The position numbers and the translations under genes were made by a program. DNA of 64,000 bases from Auanema rhodensis (lineage: Eukaryota; Animalia; Nematoda), in NCBI GenBank assembly GCA_964057225.1, contig OZ059898.1, positions 6,758,001 to 6,822,000 of the forward strand, in the 5' to 3' direction. The notes below the pieces were generated by a model, which ran no database searches, was not told the origin of the DNA, and was given only the letters and a program-made list of their open reading frames with translations. Each line of letters opens with the position of its first letter. Within the stretch, counting starts at the first letter, position 1. Shown here one piece after another: positions 22,665-37,380 of the stretch.

Positions 22665-25600
22665 TTATAATCTTGATATATCAGTTGGTAATTGTAAAGT
22701 ATTTAATAAATGTCGTGCTTCATCACAAGATGGCTTCAACTGTGTTGCAGCTGAAGCATCAGCTCGGGCACGGTCTACATCATGTCGATCGAAATTACAT
22801 TTTGCTCGTAATAGAAGAATCTATAAAGATAAATTATGTTTATTTACCGAAATTATAAACTAAAAACCTCAAACAGTAGGTCATTATTATCGGCAATGCT
22901 TGCAGCTTGATGGCATGTGGCTATAGCCCTCTCCAAAAGTCCTTCTCGCCGATGAATACGAGCTTCGGATAAAAGTACTTGACTTTTGATAGACAAAAGA
23001 CGAGGATGATGATCTTAAAAGATTTATAAATATAATGAAAATAGAAATTTTAAAGTTTTTAAATACCTGTCATCATTTGATCAACTAGTAATGCATCAAG
23101 TTTATCTTGGGCATAATGTAATCGATGCATAGCTTCATCTAATCTCTTTTTCCTTAAAAACATATATTTATTATATTTTTATAAATAAATATATATATAT
23201 AAACCTAAATAATATAGATGCATCATCTAAAAGCTTATTGAGAAGTATTACAATAGCTTCACCATCTGTATCTCGGGCAGTTTGCCAAGTAACTGATCGC
23301 AATCTTGCTCCTCTAAAATCACAAAATTATTATTATTTTATTATAAATAATAATTATTATTATAGTTATATACCGTCGTAATAATCCTTCTAAAGCTGTC
23401 CAATTTTTTGCTTTAATTGATGTTTCAATAGGTCGATCACCATTACGGCATTTCTCTTCAAACATCATTCCATGTTCTAGTAATCGATCAATAATTTGTC
23501 GATTACTATATGCACAAGCTATATGTGCTACTGTATTTCCTTTAAAATAAAATTTGAAAAGAGAAGATTTCAAATACAAACCATCAACATCATATCCATG
23601 AATATCAACTTCTTTATCAAGTAATAATTGAACAGAAGCAAGATGACAATTCTGAATTGCAAGCATCAAAGCTGTCCATCCATTAATATCTCGATGATTT
23701 ACATTAGCACCTAAAGAATTAAAGAAATATTTGAAAAACTAAAAAAATATCTTTGTTTTTACCTTTATTGATCAACATATCCACTAAACCAACATGACCG
23801 CATCGTGCTGCACTAAGTAATGGAGTTCGACCTTCTGAATCTGTTGTTTCAATGTTTGAATGTGGTAATGATAATACAGCAACCTAAATAAATAATTTAT
23901 ATATTTAACTATATGTATGTGATGTATACATACCACTAAATCCCAACTTCCGCTTTCAACAGCACAATGTATTGTTGATTTATCTGATGGCCAAGATAAT
24001 GAAGATAATGTTGCTCCTCTGGAGATGAAAAACTGTACAACAGCAGCTTTTCCATTTTCACAAGCTGCTCTCATAGGTCTTGAGAAATCAATTGTTGGAT
24101 AATTATCAACTAAATGTTGGCAAATCGCTACATGACCTATATTTAAAAAAAATTAGAAATCTGAAAATTGGATGAAAAACCTTGGCCAGATGCAGCATAT
24201 AAAGCTTCATCAACAGCTTCTAATTTATTATCTTCAGATGACCAATGAGTAGATAATAAATAAATTAAAATCTATAATTAGTCTATTATAAAATAAAATT
24301 TTGTATTTATGAATAACCTGAATATGATTATTGGCTGCTGACTCACGAACAGCTTCAGCTATATCATCATCCATTGATCTTAACTGTCGAATGATTTCAT
24401 GATGTCCATATTTGGCTGCGACAGTTAGTAGTGATGGACCTTTATCTGGATGTAATCCAGCGCCATAGTGTAGAAGCAGTGAAACTAATGACCAATGGCC
24501 TGCTGCAACTGCTCGTTGAGATACAGACAATGGTACATCAGTAGTAATTCGAGATGTTACAGTAGGACAATATGAAGGATCAGCTCCAGCAACTAACAGA
24601 AGCCGACTGACTTTAGTATTTGGATAATGCATATTACGATCATCTAATAAAGCTCCAGTCATATTCTGAGCACTTTTTTGAATCCAAAGTATTTGACCAT
24701 CTTTAGATGATGTTAACTATAAATATAATAATAAATAAAATATATAAATAATAATAATAATAAACCTCAGGTACATATTCACCATGCATATACTTATAAG
24801 GATGAGCTTTAAGTAAATGATGTCCAAGTTCATATAATTGATTTGATTTCAATGGTGCTTGATTAGATAGCCATAAAGCAACTAACAAATGACCTTTTCT
24901 ATAATAATTATTATTAATAATATAATTTTATAATTTATAATATACCTAACATCAGTTGGATATTTATTAGATGTATCATTACGTATAAGCCAATCACGAA
25001 ATGCTGGATGATGTAATGATATTTCATCATCAGGTCCATATGATAATAACGGAGATAAAACAGTTAATCTATAAATAATAATAATAATAATAATTTTAAA
25101 TTTAGCTATTTATACATCTGATTTATCTCATCCATATCCACGAATGTTTCAGATGGTCCAGAGTTTAAGATTTGAGATAATGTATGTCGATCTAATGGAC
25201 GTAGTGAAGCCAGTAAAACTGATAATACTGGAGAAACCCGAGAAAATGATGATGAAAATCTTCAAAAATAAAATTTAAATTATTTTATCTTCTTATATAG
25301 TATCTTACGCAAACGTTAAATCCATATACATGATGTATAAGCCAGATAGATCATCTGGAAGTACTGTAGATGATAGAGAAGTCATTCGTAGTTTTCCAGT
25401 TTCCAGAAGTTGAAGTAATAAACGAATATATAGCATGTTCCCATTAGCCTTTTCAACTACTTGCTCAGAAAAAGCTGATAAAGGATCAATAACAGATGTT
25501 CGACGTAAAGCATTGAGTGAATCTTCAAGTTCACGGAACATTCCAATTCGATATTCAACATACATACGATTATCTCGTACAACACGTTCATCTAATGAAC

Positions 25601-28053
25601 AATCATCTATAAATTATAATTATAATTATATAATTATAAGAATATTAACCTATACGAATAGATCTTGCTTTATCATTTTCAAAAATTGATAATGATTCAG
25701 CATCAGATGTTGCAACAATACGTATCCATGACGGTAAACGATCCAAAATTTGTGAAACAAAGGATCCAATTGATCGTCCATCTTCACAACGATGATATTC
25801 AGCCTCATCAATACCGTCTAACAATATAACTAAACTTCCCTATAAAAGAAATATTTATGAAAAGAAGTAAAGAGAGAAAGAGAGAGAGAGAAATATATAT
25901 ACCTGATCAGTTGATTTTAATTGTTCTAATGGTTCACCTATTGCTTTTATAAAAACTTCAAATGAATCATGTTTTAAACATTCTTCTAATCGTAATAAAT
26001 TCATAAGTTCTTGTTTCTTAAATATATTATTAATTATAATAAATAATTATAAAATTTATAATATACTTTTTGTAATATTGTTGAATAACTCTTTAATACT
26101 GGTGATGATGCTAACATTGCTCCTAAGTTACATACAAATTCAGGAATTGCACATGAAGATGCATCTTGTATTGAGCATGTATGATATGCTACAACACGTC
26201 CTGCTACAGCTCTCATCCATTCATAATTTCGAGAAGGTAATGTAAATGAATCTGATACACATCCAGAATCAATAGTATCAGATGCCTATACATCATCAAT
26301 GATTATCATAATTATAATTTAATTCTTACTTGACCAGAATGAAATGGAGAATTGTATACTAATTGATTGTAAATACTAGATTTTCCTGAACCTTTTTGAC
26401 CTTCAATGATAGTCAAAGGTACTTTTTCAACAATTGCTGATTGATATATTTCTCTTAAAATATTATTTTTTGTTTGAAATATGTATAAAATATTTGAAAT
26501 TACCTAAATACCCATTCGCGAGCAATAAACGTGTCATCTAATTGTGAGGAAGTTTGAAGAGCAGGTAAAGGAAATAGAGGTCGAATTCCAATTGTTGCTC
26601 TGCTTGAGCTTGTTGAGATCATTCCTAATGTTCCGGCGTTTGTTGTTGATCCCATTGTTGTCATGATTCCTGATGTCAAAGTACCCATCGGTGTCATACG
26701 GTTTCGTTTACAAGGATCTGCCGATGCAGGTCGACTTATGCCATTCAAAGGATATGAAGGACGAAGAGATGAATTTCGGGCTGAAATTTACTTTTTTCAA
26801 AGAAAAATCAAGTTGAAACGTACTGGATGGAGTTCTTTGAAAAGGTTGTTGTTGTTGTTGTTGTTGTTGATGTGGAATATCATAAATAACACTTCGTCTC
26901 CCTGTATTAAGAAGTGATAAAGTAGAATTATGAAGAGAACCATCATCATGAAAATCTATAATATATTTTAATAAACCAATTAATCATATATATATTTATG
27001 TATTTTTATAAAATTAATTATATTATATAAATTATTTTGCTTTTTCCCGTTCATCTTCTCTGTTCGCCCCTTTTTTCTTCATTTATTGGAAATAGTTCAG
27101 TCAGATCTTTTTAGACTTTTATGAACAAATATAATCAATAATATTCATATACATATGTATATTCACTAGTTTCTCAAGTTAAACAAATTTATATTTAAAC
27201 AGACTGAAAGCTTTTATTCATCTATTTTCACATTCTGTTTCAAAAAATTCTATAGTTCGTACTAGATTTCATCTCTCAAATCAAACAACATTGCTTTCAA
27301 ATTCAAATGAACAAAGAGCAAGTTGATTATTGTTGCTCATGATGATGGTGATGGTGATGATGATGGTGGAGGTGGTGATGACGATGACGATGATGATGAC
27401 CGTAGTCACGGTCGAAGTAACAGGCTTATGCTCATCATGTTGTTCTGACAATAGTCCTTTTCGGACTCAATGTAAATATAGCAGCAATTGTTGCCGACAG
27501 TCCATGGCTCGTTCTCAACACGAAAGACAATGTGACGAGCACAAACAAGGACTGGCACTGTTCGAAAGAGAAGATGAAAGAGAATACTATAAACGTTGAT
27601 GTAAGCTGCAAATTATAAGAACAAGCTAAGAGAAGAGCATAACAGAAACTCTTAATCGGAGCCTCTTCATGGTTCTATGAAACTGTCTTCAATAAATCCT
27701 ATTGAAGTATTGAAAGTTTGGTAAACACACTCGTCATCAACGGAAATATGAGAAAGTATTTATCATTATTACTAATATTTTGAAAAAAAAAGAAAAAAGA
27801 TTATGAACTACTAACCTCTAGCCCAGTGTGCTTCACATACTTGTCCATCTGCACGATATCTTGTATTCGGTAATTGTAAAAATCGATTATGAGATGAAGT
27901 TACAAATGTTTGACGTTGAAATATTGGTGATGTGATTGGAGTAGCAGCAGCAGAAGCTGATGACGTGAGAACCAACTGTCTCATATGTTCATGAATACTT
28001 TGTTCAGCTTCTTTAGGTTTAGGTGGTTGAGAAGCAGCTTGAGTAGATATAGG
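22665..28053 (-). CDS. TANC: TANC/rolling-pebbles family protein (P-loop NTPase, ankyrin repeats, TPR); core exons
   Basis: FIAREWVF, Walker A EGQKGSGKS, VVAYHTC...IPEFV, Walker B IVDGIDEAEYHR, HPAFRDWL, NTKVSRLLLVAGADP, multiple ankyrin repeats and a TPR (AMHRLHYA...LLRAKC). Many short GT-AG introns; stop at 22665. Confidence 0.88.
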
Positions 28054-30884
28054 CTAAAATAGAAAGAACTATATCAATATATTAAATGATTTGAAAATAT
28101 AAATTTAATATTAAAACCCCAAAATGCCTTCACATCTAGTATATTGTCGGTTTTCTTAAAATAGCCTCTGAAAAGTCGGCTAACTATATATACATATAAG
28201 AATATATTATAAATATATCGCCTTCAAAAGATATCAAATAACCGTTATATTAGGTTGCAATTCTCATTGATTCTTATAGTATGAATAAAGAATTTAATAT
28301 TAATTTTAAGATTTTTAAACATTTTTTTCTTTATAAATTTATATTTAATTTAATCAAATAATATCTATATTATCATTTAACTTTAAATATATATATATTA
28401 TAAAACTGTAATAATTGGCTAAATTATATCTTTCTTTCTTCTTACTTTATTCAATTTATTGTATCTTTCCCTCATCTTCCCACATCCATCTTACAACTTG
28501 GTCACTAAGCTGCAAAGCAAAACAGACGTGACCTCTGAGTATTTCTCTCACTCTCGCGCAACACAGATGTTATCTATCTACCGGTTATTGTCATCATTAA
28601 AATCCATTAAAAGAATATATTAATTAAAAAAAGAATATATATATTCTTATAGAGATTTATTCAATTGAAACATCTTTTTGAAAATATACAATGGCATAAA
28701 GAATTGATCACGAACTTGGCCGTGAGTTTTTCCTCTATTTCATTCTCAATATTTGTTATTTGACCAAACAGCCTCCAGGGTATATTTATCATATCATAAC
28801 TCTCATCGACACTTGCAAGAGCAATTCAAATATCAGATATTGCATTGACTTTATCACTATCAAAGGAAGCCGTCAACCACTTGAAATCTTTGCATAAACC
28901 TCGTGCTCAACAGCTTCATTCAAGAGGCTGAGAATTTCCCCACCTTTATATCAAATCTGCATTCGATTGAAAATCTTATGAACACTAGTAACTAGCGGAT
29001 GCTAGCACCACATCTAGAGCCACGAATCACAAACTTCCACAATGGAAATCTATCTCTCATATCTCCCATATTCCCATGAATATAAATATGAGAAAGCTTG
29101 GATTGTTTTCTCTTAAGTATAAATTCTGAACTCATTGTTTTCCATGGTCTATTGAAGCATCTAAACACATATATCTTCCTTTTTTTCCATAAGATATGCT
29201 TCCTTAACATTCATTTCATTCTATGTCTATGCAAAAAAAAAAGAAAAAGTTCCATCGATCACAGTACAAGCTCATCTATCTGATTTTGACACAATTACGA
29301 AGATTATGTGTAGCTTGGGAAAATTTGCTAAACGATTTCAGAAAAGAGACAATGTGTTTCAAGCATCCAATGCTACATAAAATATATGAAGATATTTAAA
29401 CATAAGCTAAATGTGATCAAAAAGAAGAAATAAAATCTCAGAAAAGATAAAATTGCTCAGATGAAGCTAACACAAAACATCAATTAGTGAATGTGTTACA
29501 GATGACAGCCATTCAAACTTTCTTAAATCTATATGTGCTCAAGGAGCGAAAATCATAAAATTTTATTTTTACAAAATATTTTCCACGTTTATCGAAGCTT
29601 TTTTTTTCAAAAAAGCTGTTACTAGAAGATGGAAATCACAGTTTTTTCTCACAACAAAACGTAATTACTTAACAAAAACCATAAAAACGAAAGAAAAAAC
29701 GTTTTCTTTCTTAAAGTTTTCCCAATCATTCATTCATATTAAAGAGAAATTGAAATAACCATATCATTCAAAAGAAAAAAAATAATCCTTAATATATCTT
29801 TTTTTGCCGTTTTTTCTCCCTCATCTGTCGATTTAAGATGAATCGCCGTGAAGATCCCCTATTACGACTGTTAGAAGCTATTTCTTCTTCTTTTCTTTTT
29901 CTCTCCCCTCCTCTTCTCTCTCTTTCCCATTTTCTATACTGATTGAGAAGACAAGGAGTGACAAAGAAATAGAGAGAAACAGACAGGTAGAAGAGACAAG
30001 ACAAGATATGATTTGAGCTTTACCTCCTATCTTCTCTTCCTCATCTGCTTATCGCTTCTTGCTCTACAACTGACCACACGTACTAAAGCAAAGAACACAA
30101 ACACGCAAATGATTTCTATTATATGTCTTCATTTTATCCGGAACTAACTAAAGTATACAAATCATTGACCGGAAGAAGCAACATCACAAAATTGAAACTC
30201 AACCGGTTTTCCCCAATAGAGAATCAGAAATTTTACGTTTTGATCGATACTGGTTCAAAAGACTCCTCGACAGTTGAAGAAATTGAAATACATTAAGAAA
30301 AAAAATCCATTTTTCCTTTAACCCTTTAACAGACGAATTAGATTAACACCAAACAAAGTTTTTCCAAGTTTTCTAGATTAAATGAAGCATATCTTCAAGA
30401 AAAGATTTGAAAACAACATAAGATCAAAGGATATTGTTCACAATTTTTTCAAACAATGTTCATTCATTAGTACTATCAAATTCCAATTTTTTCTTAAAAA
30501 GTACTATACATATTCTTGAATATAAAAGAAAAACTCAAGAAAAACAACCAAAATGTACTTCTAAATTGAAATAAAAATCATTTTGAAAGATTTTAATTGG
30601 AACATTTCACCAAATATTATATATGAACTCATTTGTTTATTTATATATTCAATATATTTACTTGATAATTGACAACAAAAAAAGAGAAACTATTTCTCCG
30701 TTAACTTAACGTTAATTCTCTGGCCTTGTGATGACCCTTTGAATATAATTCTCAGTCATGCATATGTATGTGAATCATTTGTACAACCCACCCTCTCCCC
30801 CTTACTTCTGTCCAAAACTACCATTTTCTTTTTTCAATTTTGAGTACTACATTCTGATTGTAAAAATACCAAATAGCAACTGAC

Positions 30885-32636
30885 CTTGTGAAAAACCGGG
30901 AGAGAAACAGTGTCAGGACTAGGTGGTGTTTGTAATTTTCTAGTAGAAGTAGTTGAGCATCTTCCAGATGAGCCTCGTTCGAAATTCCATTCTGTAACAA
31001 CATCTTCTCCATTTCCAACTGAAAATAGTCAGATTTACAGTCAGAAACATGAACTACTAATGAGTAATAAGTAGAAAAACAAATGTTTATTGTCTTTTCT
31101 AAGAGATTAAACAAAGAATATGAACATAGGTAACATGACTGGAATATCTAATTTAGATTTCAAGGTCAAAGGATAACATTCAAATCTGTTAACTTTTCAT
31201 TAGTTTTGTTTAAACAATCTTAAATATATTGAGAATACTATTCTCTAATACAAATATATTGCAAAATCTTTTCTATAACCATATATCCCAGAATAAAATG
31301 AATATATGACAAACTTTTTAAATCAAAATTCTAAACTGATAAGATTTATAAGATAATTTACTTTGCTAAAACAATAATGTTCTAGTTTTTGGTAGTAAAT
31401 CACAATATATTTGATATACATGTATGTATGGATGGACGGACGGATATAGTTCCAGTAAAGGCTATGAAGTTGTTTTAACTACTGGATTACTTAATTCTTA
31501 TATGTATATAACTATACAATAGTATAGCGACTATTTCAGTATCATAAATGAAGTATTTCCACTCAAAACCATTTTTATTTATCTCTTTTCTCGAATACCT
31601 CTTCCTTTCTCTGTCATTTTAAACTTTTCTCTTCTTGTCCTCTTGTTCGTCGGCATACCATCATTTCTTTTCCTTCTAATTTCTATTACTTTCTCTCTAT
31701 ATTTCTCATATTCTAGTTCTACTTTGAACAAACAGTCAATATAATAAGAGAGAATAAGAGAAGATAATTTGTGTGAAGAAGCTAATGAATGAAGAGAGAT
31801 AAAGAAAAAGAAAAAAAAGAAAACTTTAACAAGTTATGCATAGAAGTGACAGATTTTCAAAATAAACGACTAAAATAATCTTTGGCTTTTGTCACCTCCA
31901 CCTTTTCAAATCAAAGATTTAAAAATAGAAACAAATGATTAAGCATATAGATTATATATTTTTGATAACTATATATGTATAATATAAATATATATTTTTT
32001 TTTGAAAAAAAAAACTGTTAATAGAAATATTATTATTACTATTCATATTAATTCAAAATCTAGTCCATCTCTATATACATAAATCCTTTAGTTATTTCGT
32101 AATAATTACGATTTTTCAAATAAACCATTGAGAAGGATGACAACGGTTTACGGGATATCATACAGTCTCCCCCCGTTTATCCTACAAAATCTTGAATTAG
32201 ATGTTTATATATATGTTTATATTCCCTTTTTATATCCATTTATAGTCTTTTAGAACATTTGGTTTATTGTCTCTATGTTCATCATTAATGAGCTACCACC
32301 ATCAACCTATCAAACCAACCATTCCACCCCTTTTCATTAGATTCTTCTCACTAAACTTGACTGAAATATAAGAACATCAAACGTTCATGATCCAAAACTC
32401 TCGATGGAAGTAACCAGATTTGGAAATATTTTCATAAGCAGTTTTGATTTTGCTACATGAGCCATCATGGGTTTTCTAATGCTTACTCTATTCAGGTTCA
32501 TAGCTATCTTCATACATCTCGGATTTCGCTTCTCACGGACATCACTAAACTTCTACTTCAGTAGATCCATCTTCTCCCCTTTCTTCCACCCCTGTGGAAT
32601 TTGAAATTGCTACGATTCCTTTCTATTAATAATAAC

Positions 32637-32682
<46 letters not shown>

Positions 32683-34889
32683 GTTATTATTAATAGAAAG
32701 GAATCGTAGCAATTTCAAATTCAATGGACCGCACATAAAGAAAAGAAAAAAAAATCTTTCAAAAATTCACCAATACATCAAGATGTTTGATAAAAATTTT
32801 CCACATAAGAAATTGTCATTATGAGACTTGAATAATTGAAAAAGATAGTTTATATGAAAAAAAATTATTCGAGATATATAGAAATTAGCTGAGATCTTTC
32901 TGATCAAAAATTCTAAGAATAGGTGAGACCACAAGCAATTTTAAGGTTTTCCTTCCGCTTTTTTTCTCTCAAAAATCAATCACAAAGACCCAATATGGTT
33001 GTTCTTGTTGCCTTTTTTTCAACTAGACTATATGAAAAGGCCATCAATTAGGGACAGCCGATAATGCAGGATGGGGTCGGCTGCTGAGGTCCACAGGGGC
33101 AGGAGAAGAGGAGGAGCAAGAAAAATTGGCATTAGGAGTTGAGTAGCAGTACTAGCCCCCGAAGGATTTAGGCTCACAACACATATACACAGACTGAAAA
33201 AGAAAATGAAACATAAGATAGGACACTTGGAATGGCAAAGAAAAGCGGAGAAAAATGAAAAATCAAGAGCAAAGACAATTAATATTGTTTACATGTCAAT
33301 AGCATAGCTTCTCTTTCGTTTTTTCTTCTATATAGTTAGTAAGAAAGACAAATGTTTTCATAAAATCATATCATCATATAGATTCTAATTCAATATATTC
33401 TTTTGGAACATTTTTACGGAAAAAAATTCTTTGTGTTCCATTTTCTTCATCAATTTTTTACTTCTCGGTCTTCCGAGCTTTTGAAACTGCCCGGGGCTTG
33501 AGAATACATTCATCTTTGCCACCTCGAAAGGCCGTTTGATCATCTGTCTCATCAAAAATTGTGACCCTTCTTCTACCTTCTATGATGACTCTTATGCTTT
33601 TTTTAATATAAAATGGAAACAAAGAAAAGATTTTATAAGAAAACAGAAGCAGTAGTAGTAGTTCTAGTAGTAGTTCATCAAATATTCGAAATATAAATAT
33701 ATCAAATATAACAATTCGAATATTGTTATTGGGTTTTCATTTCAATCAGCAAACTAAAGAAAAAGTTGATAATGATGAAAAAATAAATATAATGAGAAGA
33801 TTGTTTCTTCTTTTTTTTTAATTTATAAATCTTTTTATTTATGTGATTGATGAACAAACATAGAGACAGGGATGAAAGTCAGCTTGAAATTTGATTTATA
33901 CGAATTCCTTCTTCCACTATCTTTAGTCTTAGACTTTTAGTGAGCTCAATAAAGCTTTTTTAAGCAGACAGAGATAAAATTAAAAAAATAATTTTGCTTT
34001 ATTTTCAAAAGTCTTCACATGTCAGTCATATAAGCTGCCATTCATGCGACATACAGATTACGAACTTCGAGAGATGTGAGCCGGAAGCGGAGGACAAGTA
34101 GCAGGTAACAAAGCTGCTTCTAGGTTGTAAATTGATTTTTGAAAAGAAATATACATTGAGAGAGAGAAAGAAAGAGACATCGTCGATTTGAAAATCATCT
34201 TGTTGGGATATTCGAAAAGAAAAACGAGGAGAGTATGGCAAAGCATAACATAGTTAAAGGGATTATAACTCAGTGTGGAAAACAAAAATGTTTCAGTTAC
34301 CATTTTAAAATTTTCATATAATAAATCATTAATTAATAATATGATATCAATTACTATAACAAGACAACATCATAAAAGTGGAAGAACTTTGTTTGTCACG
34401 ACTATCCCATTACCCCTTAAACTATTTCCATTTGATAAGGATGTTGTGTGGTGAAAAGAAAAAGAGAAAACGGAAAAGTAATAGAAGTAGAGAATATAAA
34501 TTAAGAAGAAACTAAGGAAAAAAGAGAGGATACACCACTAAGACTAGAAAGAATAGAGAGTTCATGGTTGGTGTCTACATTGCAACGTCGCAATGCAATT
34601 TGTGCCACCATCCAATGAAGTTTTGAATGTCTTTGCGCCAACAAATTAGTGCCAATCGCTAGAAAAACAATAAATGTTGGACGTGAAACCTATGGAAATC
34701 AAATCATCCAGAATGTTGCCAAAGAAAAGCTAGCAAAGCCAAAGGCCAAGACAAATCAAAATATTCAGAAAACGACATACCTTTTTTACTTCGAGAAAGA
34801 CGTGGTGTTGCTGGTAGACGGAATAAATTATTTTTAAATGGATTTATCTTTCTTAGACTTCGACGTAATGCACTGTCTGTATCCATCAT
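30885..34889 (-). CDS. Probable upstream exons of the TANC gene (candidates 34889-~34782, ~34120-34065, ~33580-33462, 31018-30885)
   Basis: Open, coding-like segments with splice signals. 31018-30885 (GNGEDVVTEWNFERG...PVFHK) ends in phase 0, matching the 28053 exon. The full chain was not verified. Confidence 0.4.
32597..32722. repeat. Perfect 126-bp palindrome: 44-bp arms around (AT)19
   Basis: gaatttgaaattgctacgattcctttctattaataataacttct-(AT)19-agaagttattattaatagaaaggaatcgtagcaatttcaaattc. Confidence 0.97.
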
Positions 34890-36287
34890 TCTCGTTCGTG
34901 TAGCACTACTTTCGTCAGAGGACTAACTGATGTCAGCCCTTCAGTGACAGCCCTCTCTATGACCGCCAGATAGGATGTAATCACCGATTTTTTATTATAG
35001 TTGAGAAATCTTATTTAGTAGAATAGAATAGTGAATCTCTCAGTTATACTATGTAAACTCTCAGGAGTGATCTTTTCCTTCACAAGAAGTCTTCGAGTAT
35101 GGCTGGTAGTGATCAACTAGGAGGGCTAGTGGTGATGGCTGCTGCTGTGGTGGCGATGGTGGTAGTGCTGCTGCTTGGGTTGCTAGTTCTTTCTCTATCT
35201 CACCCTCTTTCTCTTTGTCATTGTCTCCTCAGTTTGCATTATATTTATCGTTTTCTCCTCCCCCTTTAGTTGTGTCCTCTCACAGATCCGATAGTCTCTA
35301 TGCAAGTTGCTCCGCCTATTTTTGCAGAAGAATCACTTGTCCCTAACCGCTAATGGCGCACACGCCCTTTATAACTATCGTAACTCTCCGATTACCTTAA
35401 CATATCAGAGTATAAGTTAATGACAGTATATTGGGTTTAAAAAATTAATTGAAATGAGAATGTGAAACATCAGAAGTATAAGATGTTGAAGAAGATGGGG
35501 GAGAGAGAAGAAGAAATCATATAATACACATTTACATAAAGATAACAACCTGATCCGTTCGTATACAAACAAGGTCCGAAACTACCGCTTGAGGAGAAGA
35601 AGATAGACACATTGATATATCAACCATAGAAACATAGATAGCAATAGTAATTATGCTATAAGCAATAAATTTCAAATATTGCAGTTATTAACAACAAAAT
35701 TTACTTATCTTTCATCTTCCAAATTAATCTTAAACTTTAATCTATCTCAAATTTCTTAATTGTGAGAAAACATTACTAAAAATAAATTTCTTTCATTTAA
35801 TCTTAGTCTCTAAACTCCTGTAGGTGAACTTGAGACTTCCACGTTTTTTTTGTCGGAAATCATTCAACTAAACATAGAAAAAGAGAATAGCTGAGAGTTT
35901 TATCTTAAAACTTGCAAGCCAAGTCATTGAATGCCCTTTCGCGAACCAAAAACGCAGCTTGGATAAACAAAAAAAAAGAGGTAATCGGAAAGCTTTAGTT
36001 TATCAGGATTTTCTGAGACCATTTATCCACTCTTCCTGTCAAGTGTAGGACAAACGAGCCGCTCTATACTCTTAAGACACATGGGTGCACGAGAAACAAG
36101 AGTAACTGTTGTAATTACTTCATCGCAAGAAAGAAGACTCTAAGAATGGTTCAAGCGTTTCTTTGCTTTCACAGAAAAAATAATTTTTTCAATTAACGAA
36201 ACGATAAGCACAAAAAAAGCTTTATGTGTATTTAAAGTACAGGCAATGTTAGTAGAGATCATAATATAGGTATATACCCATTTTTGC

Positions 36288-37100
36288 TTACAAAATTTCA
36301 GAAATATATGTACAAGTATGACAAATGACACCAAGTTTCTGTCGTTCAGCTATAGGCTTAGGAATGCCTTTACATCTATAATTGATTTTCATACAAAATT
36401 TTAATTACAACAAACTCACTCGAGTTCTGCATGAGCTGAAAAAGCAGTCCGGAATTTTTCTGCCAATTCAGTTCTTGTGACAAGGATTTGAGCTGGGTGT
36501 GCAAAGTTGCAACCCTAAAATAAGGGCACACTAGACAAATACGAGAAAAAGTTTTTCAATACTCTGCACAGCATTCCAGTATGATCAACATCCATGGGAT
36601 TAATAGTACAATTAGGGCAAAAAACATCTTCCTCCAAATGAGCCAGTAAACTTGCATCTTCTTCTTGAAGTAAATTTTCAAAATCATCATATTCTGAAAA
36701 AAATTCATAAAAATTGAAGAAGATTATTTATCCACTAACCCAACTGGAGCAGATCATTACGAAGTGCTTCAAACATCAGGATTTTATCGTCGGTAGTGAA
36801 ATTATCCATTTCATTGTTTATCTAAATCAGATATCACACTATAATATTAGGAATCTTGAAAAAAATAAAACATACCACTGCTTTAATCGCTGCAGCTGCT
36901 TCTTCTTCTTCAAACTTATCTAAGTTTCTACGGGAATTATGAATATTCATACGAGAAATCTTCATTTCAGCTATACATTTCTGAAATAAATTCAATTAAC
37001 TAAACAACTAAACGTGTATTTTTACCTTCATCAAAACATCCTTAAACATACTACTCTTCCTAAAGCCATTTTTATACTGGTGTAGTCGATTTTCTGGCAT
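36288..37100 (-). CDS. RPAIN: RPA-interacting protein (RPAIN/RIP)-like, 6 exons
   Basis: Spliced ORF MPENRLHQYK...FKDVLMKKCIAEMKISR..., an acidic middle, and a C-terminal CPNC...CRGC...H...C..P......CHTC zinc-binding pattern as in RPAIN. Confidence 0.65.
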
Positions 37101-37380
37101 TTTTCTAAAAAAAAATTAAAATTAAAGCGAAGAAAAAATTAAAATATGTTATCGTAACGACGATAAGTACTACGACAAAACCAAAAAACAATATTTTCCA
37201 ATAGAACTACAAAGTACTCCAACAAAAATACGATTAAATCGCTAATCAGAAACAAAAAAAATAAATAAATGAGGGCGTGAACAACAAGGTTTTTTTCAAA
37301 AACTTTTAATGATAATGGCACAACTTCGGACTAAATAAAAGCGTAAGTAGCATATTACAAAAATGTTATCGTGACAGAAA

